Shown here piece by piece: positions 25,015 to 38,844 of a stretch of DNA of 64,000 bases. Each line of letters opens with the position of its first letter. Position 1 is the first letter of the stretch. Source of the stretch: Octopus vulgaris (Eukaryota); the NCBI GenBank assembly GCA_951406725.2, contig OX597821.1:12710001-12774000 (forward strand). Reading direction: 5' to 3'. The translations under genes and the position numbers were made by a program. The notes beneath the pieces are model-generated. The model ran no database searches, had not been told where the DNA came from, and saw only the letters and a list, made by a program, of their open reading frames with translations.

Positions 25015-25524
25015 ATATCTACAAATACACATACACACATGCATATACATGAATCAGTTCTGTTGCAAGCAAGCGACTTTTAGACTATTTCTCGTCAACA
25101 TATTAAGTACCAGTAATATAATGGGCTATATCCAACCGTCTGTACACTCCCCATCCCAGTAAATATCCAAATATCTTACGGTATTCCAATATCAGTTACC
25201 CCACACCTCGACTTCAACCCCTTCATCGTCATTCTCGACTTCTGCATTATCATGTCGGATTAAAAGCAAAATCTAAGAGAATAATGTCTAACAAATGAAC
25301 AAACAAACGAAAATAGAATGGAAGCGTAAAAATAACACAGGAAGAAAGAGAAAATCACGCATCAACAACAAAAACAACTCCAATACAAATATTATAATAT
25401 TATAATGTGGGAGTATTTTGCCATACACAAGGAAATTGAAATGCCTTTACTTTCACTCAAATTTGGCTGGGTTGTGTTGGACACTTGATGTACTTTGTTT
25501 TAGTGTTTTCCTTTAGGTGTTTTA

Positions 25525-25525
25525 C

Positions 25526-25582
<57 letters not shown>

Positions 25583-25641
25583 CATTATTATTTTTATTAT
25601 TTTTATTATTATTATTATTATTTTTATTATAATTATTATTA

Positions 25642-25676
<35 letters not shown>

Positions 25677-25714
25677 GTTGTTGTTATTATTATTATTATC
25701 ATTATTATTATTAC

Positions 25715-25750
<36 letters not shown>

Positions 25751-25773
25751 CATTATTATTATTATTATTATTA

Positions 25774-25804
<31 letters not shown>

Positions 25805-25836
25805 CATATTATTATTATTATTATCATTATTATTAT
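25525..25836. repeat. (TAT)n trinucleotide tract, with opposed (AAC)n(AAT)n tract at ~26058-26170
   Basis: Direct reading. Confidence 0.95.
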
Positions 25837-26096
25837 TTTGGTTCTCTTCTGCTTTTCGAATTTCTATCATTATTTTAGTAAAATGGAACTTTCACAGATC
25901 ACTAGATCGGGCTGCAGGAAAAAATAAATAAAATATGTGGGGGGAAAAAAGATGGGGAAATGAGAAAACAAAATATTCAGCATAAAAGAAAAGTAATAAA
26001 CAGCATAAAACATCATAAAATAAACTGAAAATAATCGCAACAGCAACAACAAAAGGGAACAACAACAACAACAACAACAACAATAATAATAATAAC

Positions 26097-26173
<77 letters not shown>

Positions 26174-26984
26174 CTAACAAATGTCGTCCCCCCGTTTTTT
26201 TTATTTTCCATAAAATAGAAAATAATGAAAACAAACGAGAAAAGAAGAGACGGGTGTGTACATGGATGGGTGGGGGTGAAATTGAGGAGGAGATAAAAAA
26301 AAAGACAGAAATACCGTCGCCACTTTTCAGTTACCAAATATTCCTGCCTTGTAATTTCTCAACCATTTATTCCTTGAATGCTTTTATTCTCTTGCTATTG
26401 CTGTTTGTCATTAGCTGACGGATGGTTGTCGGTTGTTGATGTTGTTGTTAATGTTAGCAATGGTATCGGCGGCGATGATAAAGGGAGCGGTGGCAAGCGG
26501 TGGCCGCGGCGGCTGCGATGCTGGTATTAGTGATGGAGTTTTTGATGTTGTACTTTGTGGTAGGTAGTGGTGGGAGTGGACGAGTGTTCTTGTTGTTCAT
26601 ATTACTGGTGTTGTTGTTGTTATTGTCGTCGTTGTTGTTGTTGTTGCTGTTATTAGTGGTTGTGGTGGTGTTGGTGGTCGTGGTACCGGTGATGATGATG
26701 GCTGAGATGGTTTTGTTGGTGGTGCTTATTAGCGGGCGATGATGATATCGATGAGAATAATGAAGACTGTGATGATGATGATGATGATGATGATAAGCAT
26801 GATGATGATGATTGCTTAGTGGCGAGTGTAGGAAGTCATGGTGGTGTAGGTGTAAGTGTTAGCTTTGGCGGCAACGATATTGGGTATGTAGATTATGGTG
26901 ATTAGTGCTGGTGTGTGACTAGCCGTGATGGCACACGCACTCTTATCGCAGCCATGGCACTGGAGGTGGTATGTATATGTGCTA

Positions 26985-27361
26985 GTCTTTTAGTCTTTAA
27001 TTTGTTTCAGTAATTTGACTGCGGCCATGCTGGAACAGCGACTTTAGTTGAACAATCGACCCCAGGACTTATTCTTTGAAAGCATATTACTTATTCTATC
27101 GGTCTTTTTCGCCGAACCGCTAGGTTAAGGGGACGTAAACGCACCAAAATATATTGTTACGCGATGGTAGGGACACAAACACAGACACAAAAACGTATAC
27201 ACACACATATATGTATGTATATATGACGGGTTTCTTTCAGTTTTTGTCTACCAAATGCATTCATAAGACTTTGGTCGACCCGAGGCTATAGTAGAAGACA
27301 CTGAACCCGGAACCATGCGGTTGGTAAGCAAGCTACTTACCACACAACCATTTTTGTGCCT
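26985..27361 (-). mobile_element. SINE family A
   Basis: Reverse complement of the 33735-34135 type, small internal deletion. Confidence 0.85.
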
Positions 27362-29849
27362 TTGTATAATGGTTGTAGTTATACATTCTGCCGCTGTATT
27401 GTGCTTGCGCGGATGGTGGAATTGTTGTTTGTGTTAGATAGATAACGATAGCTTGAGTGGCGGTATTAGTGTTGTGGTAGGAGTCAAAGAGAGAATGGAT
27501 GTAGTTTAGTTGATGTAGCAGCACACCATAGCTGCTGCTGGAGATTAGCAAATTTACTGTTGACGTTTGGCCCCAGGTCAACCATGAACGAGCATACCTA
27601 CAATCAAGCTCATTTGATCATAAACCCATTTTGCCTCTTATGGACTCTGAAGAGAACTGAAATAAACAAAGGAAATGCATTGCACCACACAGAAGCTGCT
27701 GGAGATGTTCAGAGCTATTGCAGATCTAGTCTTTCTCATTCACGAAATGAGCCGCACCCCACTTAATTTTGCTCAGATTGCTTTCAATTTTGATGTATCG
27801 ATGCAACTCTAAATTTTGACTACTATCAACCAATTACTTTATCTCGTAAATTAAAGAATCTGATGTTATTTTGAATTAAATTTGGGAAATTTGAGTAATT
27901 TTAGCCAATCAACAGAAAGCGTGGCATTAGCAGCCTGTTACCACGACAACTGCATGCTGTGTTGTTGTTCACCGTTGTCAGTGCTGCGGTTGTCTATGTT
28001 AATTTTTCACACTTGATTCTTCAAACCACGAGATGCTTTTCACTCGCGTGTTTTGTATTAATTTTTCTCTGTGTTAGTATATTACATATTTTTCTGTGCT
28101 TCTGTGTGTTAGTATTTTTCTGTACTTTTTCTGTGTATTAGTATTTTTACAATTTTTTTCATTTCTTTATATTTTGGGGACTCATTGACTCAGCTGGATT
28201 TATGATTCGACTAGGTTAATAAAAAGTTTAATTATGCGTATTTCTTAAACCGTTAGATACACATTTCAATAGAATAACCGAAATTAATCCACGTAGCAGG
28301 AACTGAGAGTGATATCGTGGAGCTGTGGGTTGACATTATTTTTGACTTCTGCATGCAAAAACGTACAAGATGCAGGTATACTTTTCCTTGGGACAAATTC
28401 TTTGTTGACCAGTGTTATTCTTATCGTAGTTTACAAATCCAAGATTGAAAACGTTACCAAACTTTGGAGTTTTAGAGACAGACGCATCCTTTTCACACAC
28501 ATACACACACCATGAAGAGACAAAAGGAACAGTAAGATGATATATGTTGATTTTATTAGGTATTTCTGTTTATTTAGAAACCTACAATGAACAGGTCATA
28601 CGCTAAACTACGAATTTCACAGAGTACAACCTTAAAGTTGACGCCGCTCCGCTAAATGCAGAAAGTTTCTGTCTCGCTATTGGCTATAAATACACAATTT
28701 TAAAACTTTTAAACCTCTGTAACCTTTTTCACCAATTTTTTTCTCCACAACATCATCCCTTCAAAGCAATGAGACTGGAATCTACATTCTTATAACCCAT
28801 TTTCAGATTTTTTTTTTTACTTCCTTTTAAAAAAATGCATATTTTGTGAATGAAAAAAACTAAATCCGCTATAACAAGTGCTCCTTCTGATTTCATCGCA
28901 ATATCGGAAATCCTTCGTTATGATGAACAGGCTCACGGCATTTTGCCCCCTAGCCTTCATACTTTACCAGGACTGTATTAGTTTTCGCCTACGGAAGGGT
29001 TTCACCAGCGATTCCTAATCAACCACAGCCAACTTGAACTAGCTTCAGATGCTATGCTTATTTCCTTTGTGGTTTTCTTCAGTTCGAAACCAATATCCTG
29101 CAACAAACAGCACACCAGACCAAGTGGAGGGCCACAGCAGCTTACTTCAAGAAAGAATAAAACTGTGTATTATCTCTTGACAAGTGCTTCGTCGACGAAA
29201 TCACGCGACCATATTATCAAACTTATCCAATTTGTCTTTCAGAAAATAAAGTGTTTCTTTAATGATTTGCCGCTATTTCTGTCAGTCGGACAACTACAGA
29301 TAGGCTCCTTCCTTGATTTGAGGGATGGCCATTTAGATGAGGATACTCATGCTGATGATGCTAAAGATTGGTAAAGGAGTATTGTATATGCTACTGTTGA
29401 TATCACAACTGGAGTTGATGCGGTTGCGTCTATTGTTTTAGTTGATGAAGTTGTTTAACCTGAGGTCAACTCTGAATGGTCAGATTTATCACCAATGGCA
29501 TATCAGCCGTGGTTATCATGACTTACTTATTCATACATTTATGTATTTCTCATGTTCAATGTCTTTAGGAGTGCGTTATCCCAATTGGCTTTCATTTCTC
29601 TCTCGAAAGGTAATAGCGCATAATTAGAGATTTTGCTGCTATTTCTAGCAGATCGAATGGCTACGTAGAAGCCAAGATGGAGGTGGTGTGGTTGCGATGG
29701 TATCACTGAGATGCTAATGATAGCGAAAATTGAGCATGATGTTGAGGGAGATGTGTAATGATGCTGACATTATTCTGGTGGCTCAATTACTGTTAGGTCT
29801 GAAGGGTTTTGGCGATTCTGAAATATGGTTATTGCTCCGTTGGTATTCG

Positions 29850-30390
29850 TAGATGGTGGTAAATGTGGTGGTGGTGGTAGTGGTGGTGGTGTGTTTAGTG
29901 ATGGGATTGGTAGTGATGATTTTTGACGGTGGTGGTGTTGGTCGGTGGCGTCAGTGACGGTGATGGCGGCCGCTGCTAGCTGTAGTGGTGATGGCTGTTC
30001 TTGGTGTTGTGGTTGTTGTTGGTGGTGGTGGTGGTGCTGCTGCTGCTTCTGCTGCTACTGCTGGTAGTAGTGCAGGTGCTGGCACTGCTGGCGCTCCTGG
30101 CGGTGGTGGCAGTGGTTGCAGCGGCGGAAGATGGTGATGGTGGTGGTGGTGGTGGTGATAATCTTGCTGGTGCTAGTGGTGCCGGTGGTTGGGGCCCGGT
30201 AGTGAATGAGGAGACGATGATGCCGACGGTGGTAGTAATTGGTGTCAGGGGAGATGGTACGCACTTGCGGTGGTGGTTGCAGTGTATTTCTTATTGCTGA
30301 CGAGGTGGGCGTTATTGTTGCCGGTTGCAGCCTCATGCTTAATATTGGTGGCAACGGTGATGCTAACTCTTTGTGTTTGTGTTGATGCTT
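29850..30390. repeat. Degenerate (GGT/GTT/GCT)n low-complexity tract (similar at 26430-26830)
   Basis: Direct reading. Confidence 0.8.
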
Positions 30391-31234
30391 GTGATAAATC
30401 AAAGATTAGTAAGAAATCAATGTCCAAACAACCTGTTGTGCACACGTGAAGGAAAGTTTAGCGGCTTTTCGATCGACAGAGAATAAATTTTACCATTTCT
30501 TTTATTCTTTATTTCCTTTCACTTTTTGCCTGAAAACTGTTCACGTATTTGCAATGAGTCCTTCCACGTGATCACATATAGAAACAAACACAGATACATA
30601 CATACATACAAACACGCACACAGTTATTGGTAAATAAATGCATCCATAGTGAAACAAAACAATATACACATGCATATAAACTACAAATGTGCAAAAATAT
30701 TTCGTTCAGGGACATGTTTTGGTCTAAACTTAAGTCAAATAATAAAGTGATATTCATACCCAGGATTATATCAGTTGACGTTATTACACATTATAAAAAA
30801 CTATATGGTAAAACTCGCCTTCGTAAATATATATACGAACATCTGTATACGTGGAAAATTAGCACTTCTGTCTCTTTGTATAGCTACGTTTTTTTTTTCT
30901 GTGTGTGTACGTATGTGTGTGCTTGAGTTTGTTTTTGTCCAGTGATAGAAAAAAATTACGGCGGTTGCACGACTATAAACACAGTATGGTGTAGAAGCGT
31001 AGGTGAAAATTAGAAAATAGGTGGTAAATTATGTTAATATATTTTGCTGTTTGCACGAAACAAATGGTTCGATTACCATTTGATTATTATTATTCGTACC
31101 TCTATGTTTACAAATATTTTCTTTCATTCGTTAACTAGATGTGTAGATAAATAGATAAATAGGTAGACAGATAAATAGATAAAGTAACAGACAGGTAGAC
31201 AGACATAAATAATTGTGTGTGTGTGTGTGAGTGA

Positions 31235-31271
<37 letters not shown>

Positions 31272-31399
31272 AGTGAGTGTGTGTGTGTGTGTGTGTGTGT
31301 AATGGCTGCAACTCAATTCCAGGCAATACCATAGCTCGTCTGTGCACTTAAACATAAACAATATACATGTGCCTTTTGAGGCCTCTTACTGAAATACGT

Positions 31400-31710
31400 T
31401 GGTTACAACGATACAGGTTCCGGTTGATCCGACCAACGGAACAGCCTGATCATAAAATTAACGTGCAAATGTCTGGTCATCAAGAAACACGTGTACCTTT
31501 AACATAGTCCTCAGGGAAAAATCAGCGTGACACAGAGAGTAACAAGGTTGGTCCTGTGAAATTCAGATACTACTCATTTTTGCCAGCTTAGTTGGCTGCA
31601 GGAACGCAAAATATAATGCCTTGCTCAAGGACAAAGCGTGTTGCCAGGAATTGAACTCATGACATACAATTGTCAGCTGAAAGCCCTAACCACTAAATTA
31701 CACGCATTCG
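31400..31710 (-). mobile_element. SINE family C, diverged
   Basis: Reverse-strand homolog of 62328-62650. Confidence 0.75.
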
Positions 31711-31714
31711 CTCA

Positions 31715-31747
<33 letters not shown>

Positions 31748-31750
<3 letters not shown>

Positions 31751-32449
31751 GGATGTGTTATGAACTATTCTGCACATACAAAAACAGCCATACCCACAAT
31801 CCAACATACCTCCATCATCAGCTGCCCCACGGATATCACTATGGTTTCGACACCTGGGGAGTACCATTCAATCCGGCGGTGTCAACAGCGCTAAAATAAG
31901 TATTGCTTAGGAACAAACATACCTTAGATATCACCAAATCCATTCAATCTTAATTCTAGGAAGGATTAAACAATAATATTATGAATTAAACTATAACTAA
32001 TAAACACATTTACCCTATGTACTACAATATCAGTAAATAAATTCAATAAGTAAGCCTATAACTAACTCCTAAATTATATAACTATATAGCGACCAATCCT
32101 TTAACTTCATACAGACAATATTCTTACCAATCTTCCATAGTTATTAATATAAAAGTAAAAACTTTATATTCTGTTCTCTCCAGTATATAAAAGTATATTG
32201 TGAATATAAGGCGAATATTATGACTCAACGACTGAAAAGTATTCGCTTTATTCGATATCATAATATTTCTAATCAAGCGAGATTATGTCTCTGAAACCAA
32301 GTAAGTGAGATATTGAAAGTTATGGACAATGCAACGTTGGAGTTGATCTCGTTTTCCAGGGATCTGCAAGCAACGACGAACATGCTTTGACCGAATCAGA
32401 ACGGCAGACAACATCGATCATGCGTCGGCCGAATCCCATCTGGTTGTGA
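31748..32449 (-). mobile_element. (TA)n-flanked non-coding element, family H2 (carries permuted hammerhead)
   Basis: ~700-bp island bounded by (TA)n on both sides, no ORF; single copy in the window, so element status is inferred. Confidence 0.45.
31809..31867 (-). ncRNA. Putative non-circularly permuted hammerhead, second family, core intact
   Basis: atggt-A-ctcccca ggtgtc-GAA-accat agtgatatccg tggggcag-CTGATGA-tggagg; stem III atggt/accat, stem I ct.cccca/tgggg(c)ag, cleavage triplet GUA. Confidence 0.65.
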
Positions 32450-33734
32450 TATATATATATATATATATATAGTATGTAGAAAGGCCGACGATTGATATTC
32501 ATCTCGTGCTTAGATTTTGGTTACCTGAAGCTTTCCAGCCCACTTACCGAAACATTTATTTGTTCATCTTACTTTTGCTACACTATATAAGCAACAGAAT
32601 GAATCATTGATCTTATTTTCGTGTGCTACACTTCAAAGTATTCTAAAAAAACCTGCACGCGATTTTGTATAATTTTACGTATAACATTTAGTTACAAATA
32701 CTTTTGGTCACTACAAGTTGCACAAATTAAAATGTAAACGAAAGGAAATGACTCATATTGACGAAAACAAGATCTTTGTCACAAAAGTTGATATTTCTGA
32801 AACGAAATAATTTCCCAGAAATTAGCAAGTAATGGTACTCTACAGAAATGATTTATAGTATACGACTTAATCAAAATGCTGTGCTTGTAGGGAAGTTGTA
32901 ATAACAAAAGGAAATTGTAGAGGTTATCACAACGCTATAACCCTTGCGGCTATATATATTGCTGACTGTTACTAGCAGTCTTGTTTACAGCAGAGAAATT
33001 GGTTGGATCTTTATGCTCTCACTGGGAATATATTTCGATCTCGTCAGGAAACGGATGTTTATCCACGTGCGTATAAAACTGTTCCAGAATTTTATATCTT
33101 TATATATATATATTTATATGATTGGTCATGCATAGAGGAACATGACTAGGATGTAATCAAAACAAAATGTTTTCAATGAATCACGTGGTCCTAGCTATTA
33201 AAATTTCTCACTTAATGCTAAGACCCGTGCTAGATCGTGCATATGAAAATGTGTTTCCACTATATTTTGTGTAATGCTATTATACTTTCCCATGGAGTGT
33301 TTAGTCCTTACCGTTATTTCATCAGTGAGGAAACTTCAGAAATTCTAGGATATTACGGAAGCGATTTCTCGCATTCAGCATGGATACAAATTGAGAAAAT
33401 CTTTGCGAATAGTTCTATAAATATCTACTATTTTTTCCATTTTCTCTAATCTTTTGAATGAAAGCAGGCGAAAGCATTGTAATGTTGCTAAGATCAGTTT
33501 GCAAACTGGTTTGAACTCCCTATTGCACTGGGTGTTAGACCACCTAAAGGAAATCCCCTCCACATCAAATCATACCAACCGGCAAACACATAGTTTCTAA
33601 GTTAAGTATATGTAGTCGTTTTTATTACACTGGTGCTGCTTCTATTTTATATTTGAAATGTTGTCAAACGTAAGCATTGTTAGGACATACCTGTACATAG
33701 TTTTCACACAATATTTGTAAAAATTGCATATATA

Positions 33735-33888
33735 GGCGCAGGAGTGGCTGTAAGGTAAGTAGCTTCTTTACCAACCACATGGTTCCGGGTTCAGTTCCAC
33801 TGCATGTCACCTTTGGCAAGTGTCTTCTACTATAGCCTTGTGAGTGGATTTGGTAGACGGAAACTGAAAGAAGCCCGTCGTATATATG

Positions 33889-33921
<33 letters not shown>

Positions 33922-34135
33922 TTGTGTGTCCGTGTTTGTCCCCCCTAGCATTGCTTGACAACCGATGCTGGTGTGTTTATGTCCCCGTCACTTAGCTGTT
34001 CTGCAAAAGAGACCGATAGAATAAGTACTGGGCTTACAAAGAATAAGTGCCGGGCTCGAGTTGCTCGATTAAAGGCGGTGCTCCAGCATGGCCGCAGTCA
34101 AATGACTGAAACAAGTAAAAGAGTAAAAAGAGTAA
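33735..34135 (+). mobile_element. SINE family A, near full length
   Basis: tRNA-like head (tggctgtaagg..gggttcagttcc), central (TA)(TG) tract, tail ggcggtgctccagcatggccgc..(GTAAAAGA)n; degenerate relatives near 36985 and 57580. Confidence 0.9.
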
Positions 34136-35427
34136 TAGTTTTTAGATAAAAAAAGAAACACTCCTCGATTGATGCATATAAGTCGTGGAGTGGCGTGGCC
34201 GTAAGATTCACTTCCGGTTCGTTTTGGGCACGTGATTTTGATGCGCCACAGAGAATGGCATCGATGCTCATCGTTCCTGAATGTGAGTTAGGATAAGCTG
34301 TTTCGTCTGTTCATGGTTTCAGGTGTTTCAACACCTGGCGCTTTGAGTTGCTTCCACCTCGCTAGTGTCAGCCGGCCGGCAAATATACATGTGTCAATGT
34401 GTGTGTGTGTGTGCGTGTGCGTGCGTTTGCGTGCGTGCGTGTGCATGAGTGTGTGTGTATGTGTCTGTATATGTGTATGCGAGTTTTATTTCCATTCTCA
34501 CATCCAAGGACAAAATTAACCAATGAATTCACAGTGAGTGGCAAGATAAAGCAAAATCGTTTCTTCTTACGGTAAAACAGTGTGCCGTATAACGAATACG
34601 TATTTTCAACGTAAGTAACAAGGACTGGGCGGAACACATTTATTGAAGCAAATCTTTAATACATAACATAATAAAACTTCTCTTGTCATTGTGAGACACT
34701 GTTTATATAGCAATTTCAGATTGGCGGAAGAATCTATAAATACGGCCCTAGTGTATGACTAATATCGACCAGTACATGGTTGTGAGTAAAGAAAATAAGC
34801 ACTGCAAGGCTTGAACTCAGAATATAACGGTCAGGATTAAATCCTGTAACGCATTTTTTCCGATATCGGAACGACTCTCCCATCCACCGCGGTATTAATT
34901 TTGGTGTAGTTGTTATCTACGAAAACACCTTCGGTTTGTTTGATTTTTATGTATCTCTGCCCAAGATATATTGGCGAAATTTATTGGAAAGCTATTTTGA
35001 GAATAGATCTTCCTTGGAATGAACACTGATTCATTGGATGTTACGCAGGAAGTTATCGTCTCAAGCCTGCTTTAAATTTTCAACTTCATGAATTCTTTAC
35101 CTATACATACCAGAAAGACATGGTTTTGATTTTGATTCATATTTTGAATAATGGAGACATTTACAGTTGGAATGATGGCCGTATCGTATGACATTCCTTG
35201 CGTTTGTTAATAGGCAGGTCTCTTTACATATAAATTACGTATACGCATTTAGGACTTTGAAGCATGCAAAATAGGGTTCAGTCATCTAAAATAATATACG
35301 ACATTGCATTTCATAGTTCCCTGTCTTTTCAACACAATGCACATTATATGTACATTCATACTCTAAAAATATACATACGTATATCCATGTAAATATATGC
35401 ATATACATACATATATATATACATACC

Positions 35428-35460
<33 letters not shown>

Positions 35461-35574
35461 GGTGGGGGGAGAGTGTATGTGTGTGCCTATCCGCATTAGA
35501 AAGTGATAAATACGAGTAGTTGATGACGGCATTTAGAGTCAACGCAGTGCATATATATATCCATGTATGTATGT

Positions 35575-35655
<81 letters not shown>

Positions 35656-36383
35656 TGTATATGCGTGCTAATGGTATCATGTCAGACGATACATTTAATA
35701 GTTGCCAACACCGTTGCAGAGGTAGGTAAGATCACGGATATGGATGCTCTATAACAATATCGATTAAAGAATATTACAAGCTATATTTCACTCATGAACA
35801 TCATATCGGAAGAGTGGCTTTTTACCAGTGAACATATTAAACTGATTGGTTATGAAATGAGATGTAGCAGAGGAATTCTTCGTCATGCCAGCTGGTGAAA
35901 ATAGAAAGTCACTTCAATTTTGATGCAGCTTCACAAAGGATCTTTAGGTGCAAAAATCTCTTGCCACATTCATTACTATTATTGCGTTCCATTTTTCCAT
36001 CTCATGTGGCTGAATGTGACGGTATGTGCGAGCGTGTATGCGCGTGGATGGTAATAGATACGAATGAGTGCTGGAAAACACGCAGTCTATCGTAAAATGG
36101 GAGTGCATCGTTGTATATTATTCGTGATTGTATGAGTATTCACACAAATACGTGCACGCATACCTTTCTCCATATGTATACATATATATATATACGCAAA
36201 CATATATATATATATATGCATGTATGTATATATGCATATGTATATGTACACACACACACACACACACACAAACATATATATATATATATATACGTATATA
36301 GATATATATGTATATATAAGCATATACGCACACATACTCAAACACACACACATATATATCTATGTCTAAATATCTATCTATCA

Positions 36384-36421
<38 letters not shown>

Positions 36422-36456
36422 ATATATATATATCTATCTATATATATATATATATA

Positions 36457-36718
36457 TCACGTGAGGTGATCATGTGACCGACCAGACCATCAGATGTTGC
36501 TTCACATCGCCGGTCACAATGCGTTCGCATTGTTTTACCCTCGAATGACGCCACCCCGCTGGCTAAGCGAGCAGGCCAACAGAAGAAAGAATGGAAGAAA
36601 GTATGGTGAAAGAGCGTCGTGGAGCTTTTAGGTGTTTTCACTCAATAAACACTCACAACGCCCGGTCTGGGAATCGAAACCGCGAGTCCTCTGCCCTAAC
36701 CACTGGGCCATTGCGCCT

Positions 36719-36721
<3 letters not shown>
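36457..36721 (-). mobile_element. SINE family D head with tail 3; inverted 50-bp tail copy at 36806-36856
   Basis: Homologous to 58268-58572; tail ends ggtcacatgatcacctcacgtga(TA)n. Confidence 0.85.
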
Positions 36722-36809
<88 letters not shown>

Positions 36810-36848
36810 GACCAGCGATGTGAAGCAACATCTGATGGTCTGGTCGGT

Positions 36849-36933
<85 letters not shown>

Positions 36934-38278
36934 TTTAGACATAGATATATATATATACATATCTAAACATACTCACACACACATATGGTGAAAGTATTTT
37001 TCTGCCTACCTTTGTATCCATCTATGCTTGACAAACAGTGTTGGTGAGTTTAGCTCCAGTAAACTAGCAATTCAACAAAAATAACCGATGGAATAAATAC
37101 CTGGCTTATAGAACTAAATACCTGGCTTATTTATTCTACTAAAATTAGGTGAAGACGGTGCTCCAGCCTACTTTCAATCTACTGACTAAAACACGTAAGG
37201 CAAAAGGAATACATATATATGATGTATGCGGTTGTGATAACTCCAATCCATCAGATTCCCAGTTTGCCGTTAGCTGCGAATACTCTATAATCAGTGTAGA
37301 ACAAAATCTCGGGCTGCTCTTTGGCAACTCAAGATGACGGTGAAATGTTGAAGACGTAAAATTTGCGGAAATTCCAGTGTCTTTGAAAGCAGGATGGCAG
37401 CAGAGAATGAATTGCAAGGCATAAAAAGTACTTGTCTTTGGATTTCTTCCCATTTTGCACGACAAATTGCAGTGTTACGACTTTTGGTCCGGAAAACTCT
37501 TCGTTTTGATTGGCACTGCAGTTGTTTATAGTGCCTGCGATGAGAAGTTAACAATTGAAGATCATACCATGACTCGCATTAATTTCAGAGAGTTATCCGA
37601 CATCCCACGTAGCGTGATCCGACAAGGAACGTATTCTGCTGGTGTCTTGGCTCTGGTTCATTGTTCATGATGACTATTGAATAAATAGATCAAGCCAGAT
37701 CAAAGAGACAACACGCTGCGTATAATTTGTAGAGAGTATGGCACAAATAAGCAGAAGAAATTATCCAACAGATAAAATATTCCATTCATTTATGCATTCT
37801 CCGTTAGCGAAGAATGCGTAAATGAGGGGAAGTTTACTAGTATTCGGTATCCCTAATTTAAACAGAAGTTTAAGTTTGGCTGACATCAAGAGCTGAAATT
37901 AAAATTAAGAAATGAAAACTTTCGAAGTTACAGTCGGAAACTCAACATATTGTCAAAATTAGAGTCTAGTTATTTGTTAAACAATGGAGTCGACAGCTAC
38001 AAACAATGGCAATATTCCAGGAATAATAATCTTAAGAAATAAGATATAACTGAAGAAGAGTTTGATGGTCCGTCAGAAAATATATTAGCGATAGCTTTAG
38101 TGCTAATACGGAGAGGTAACATTTATTCCCAATTAAACGTGGATGTTCCGTTAGAAGAAACTATACTGCGGCAGATACCATGAAAGAAACACTAATATAG
38201 ATTTTTGGCGAAGAATGCACGCTTGTTTATTTAGATTGCTAGCGGGGACAGAAATCCACACCAACTCCAGCGCCGAAA

Positions 38279-38325
38279 CCACCGGATTACGTAATTTCGA
38301 TCTTCCATGAACTCATCGGTGATGG
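38279..38325 (-). ncRNA. Hammerhead-like motif with CCGAUGA core and palindromic stem III
   Basis: ccatca-CCGATGA-gttcatggaagatc-GAAA-ttacgtaa-TC-cggtgg. Confidence 0.45.
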
Positions 38326-38797
38326 ATGCACGACCGCTAGAGAAAGCAACAACGCATCTCCTCGCCAGCGATACATAGAAAACCTGAATCTGAACAGGTA
38401 TTGGGCTCGCTTCCAGCCAGCCAACCCGTCGAAAAAATATATATTATCGCCAGAGTCAGCACTAATACCTAGAGGCAACATTTATTCCCAGCTAAACCTG
38501 GATACTCCGCTAGAACAAACTTTACTTTGACTGACACCAAGAGAGAAATACCCACAAAGGCTTTTGGTGCAGAATGCACGTTTGTTTATTTCGCCAGCAG
38601 GAAGACGAAATTCCAGGTGGGAATAAAATCTTGCCTCTCGATAATAGCGCTAATACATATATTTTTACCTCTCTCGGTAATACACATCTTTTGATAGGCT
38701 GGCTGGTTGATCACAACGTCAGGTCCTCCTCAGAAACGGGTTATCTATATATCACTGACGGGGAGATGAGTTGCTGCTATCTCTAGCGGCCAAGTGT

Positions 38798-38844
38798 CCA
38801 TCACCGATGAGGTCGGGGAAGATGGAAATCACGTAATCTGGTGG
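38798..38844 (+). ncRNA. Hammerhead-like motif with CCGAUGA core, second copy
   Basis: ccatca-CCGATGA-ggtcggggaagatg-GAAA-tcacgtaa-TC-tggtgg; third decayed copy at 9843-9889 (-). Confidence 0.45.

Noticed and set aside
25457-26337. Poly-I/Y/L ORFs and all similar [12 protein letters not shown] ORFs in the track
   Set aside because: Translations of microsatellites that lack stop codons.
30001-30402. Hydrophobic, signal-peptide-like ORF
   Set aside because: Degenerate GGT/GCT trinucleotide tract with no splice or domain evidence.
37240-38060. Coding-like segment with short ORFs on both strands
   Set aside because: No recognisable domain or consistent frame; probably old transposon debris.
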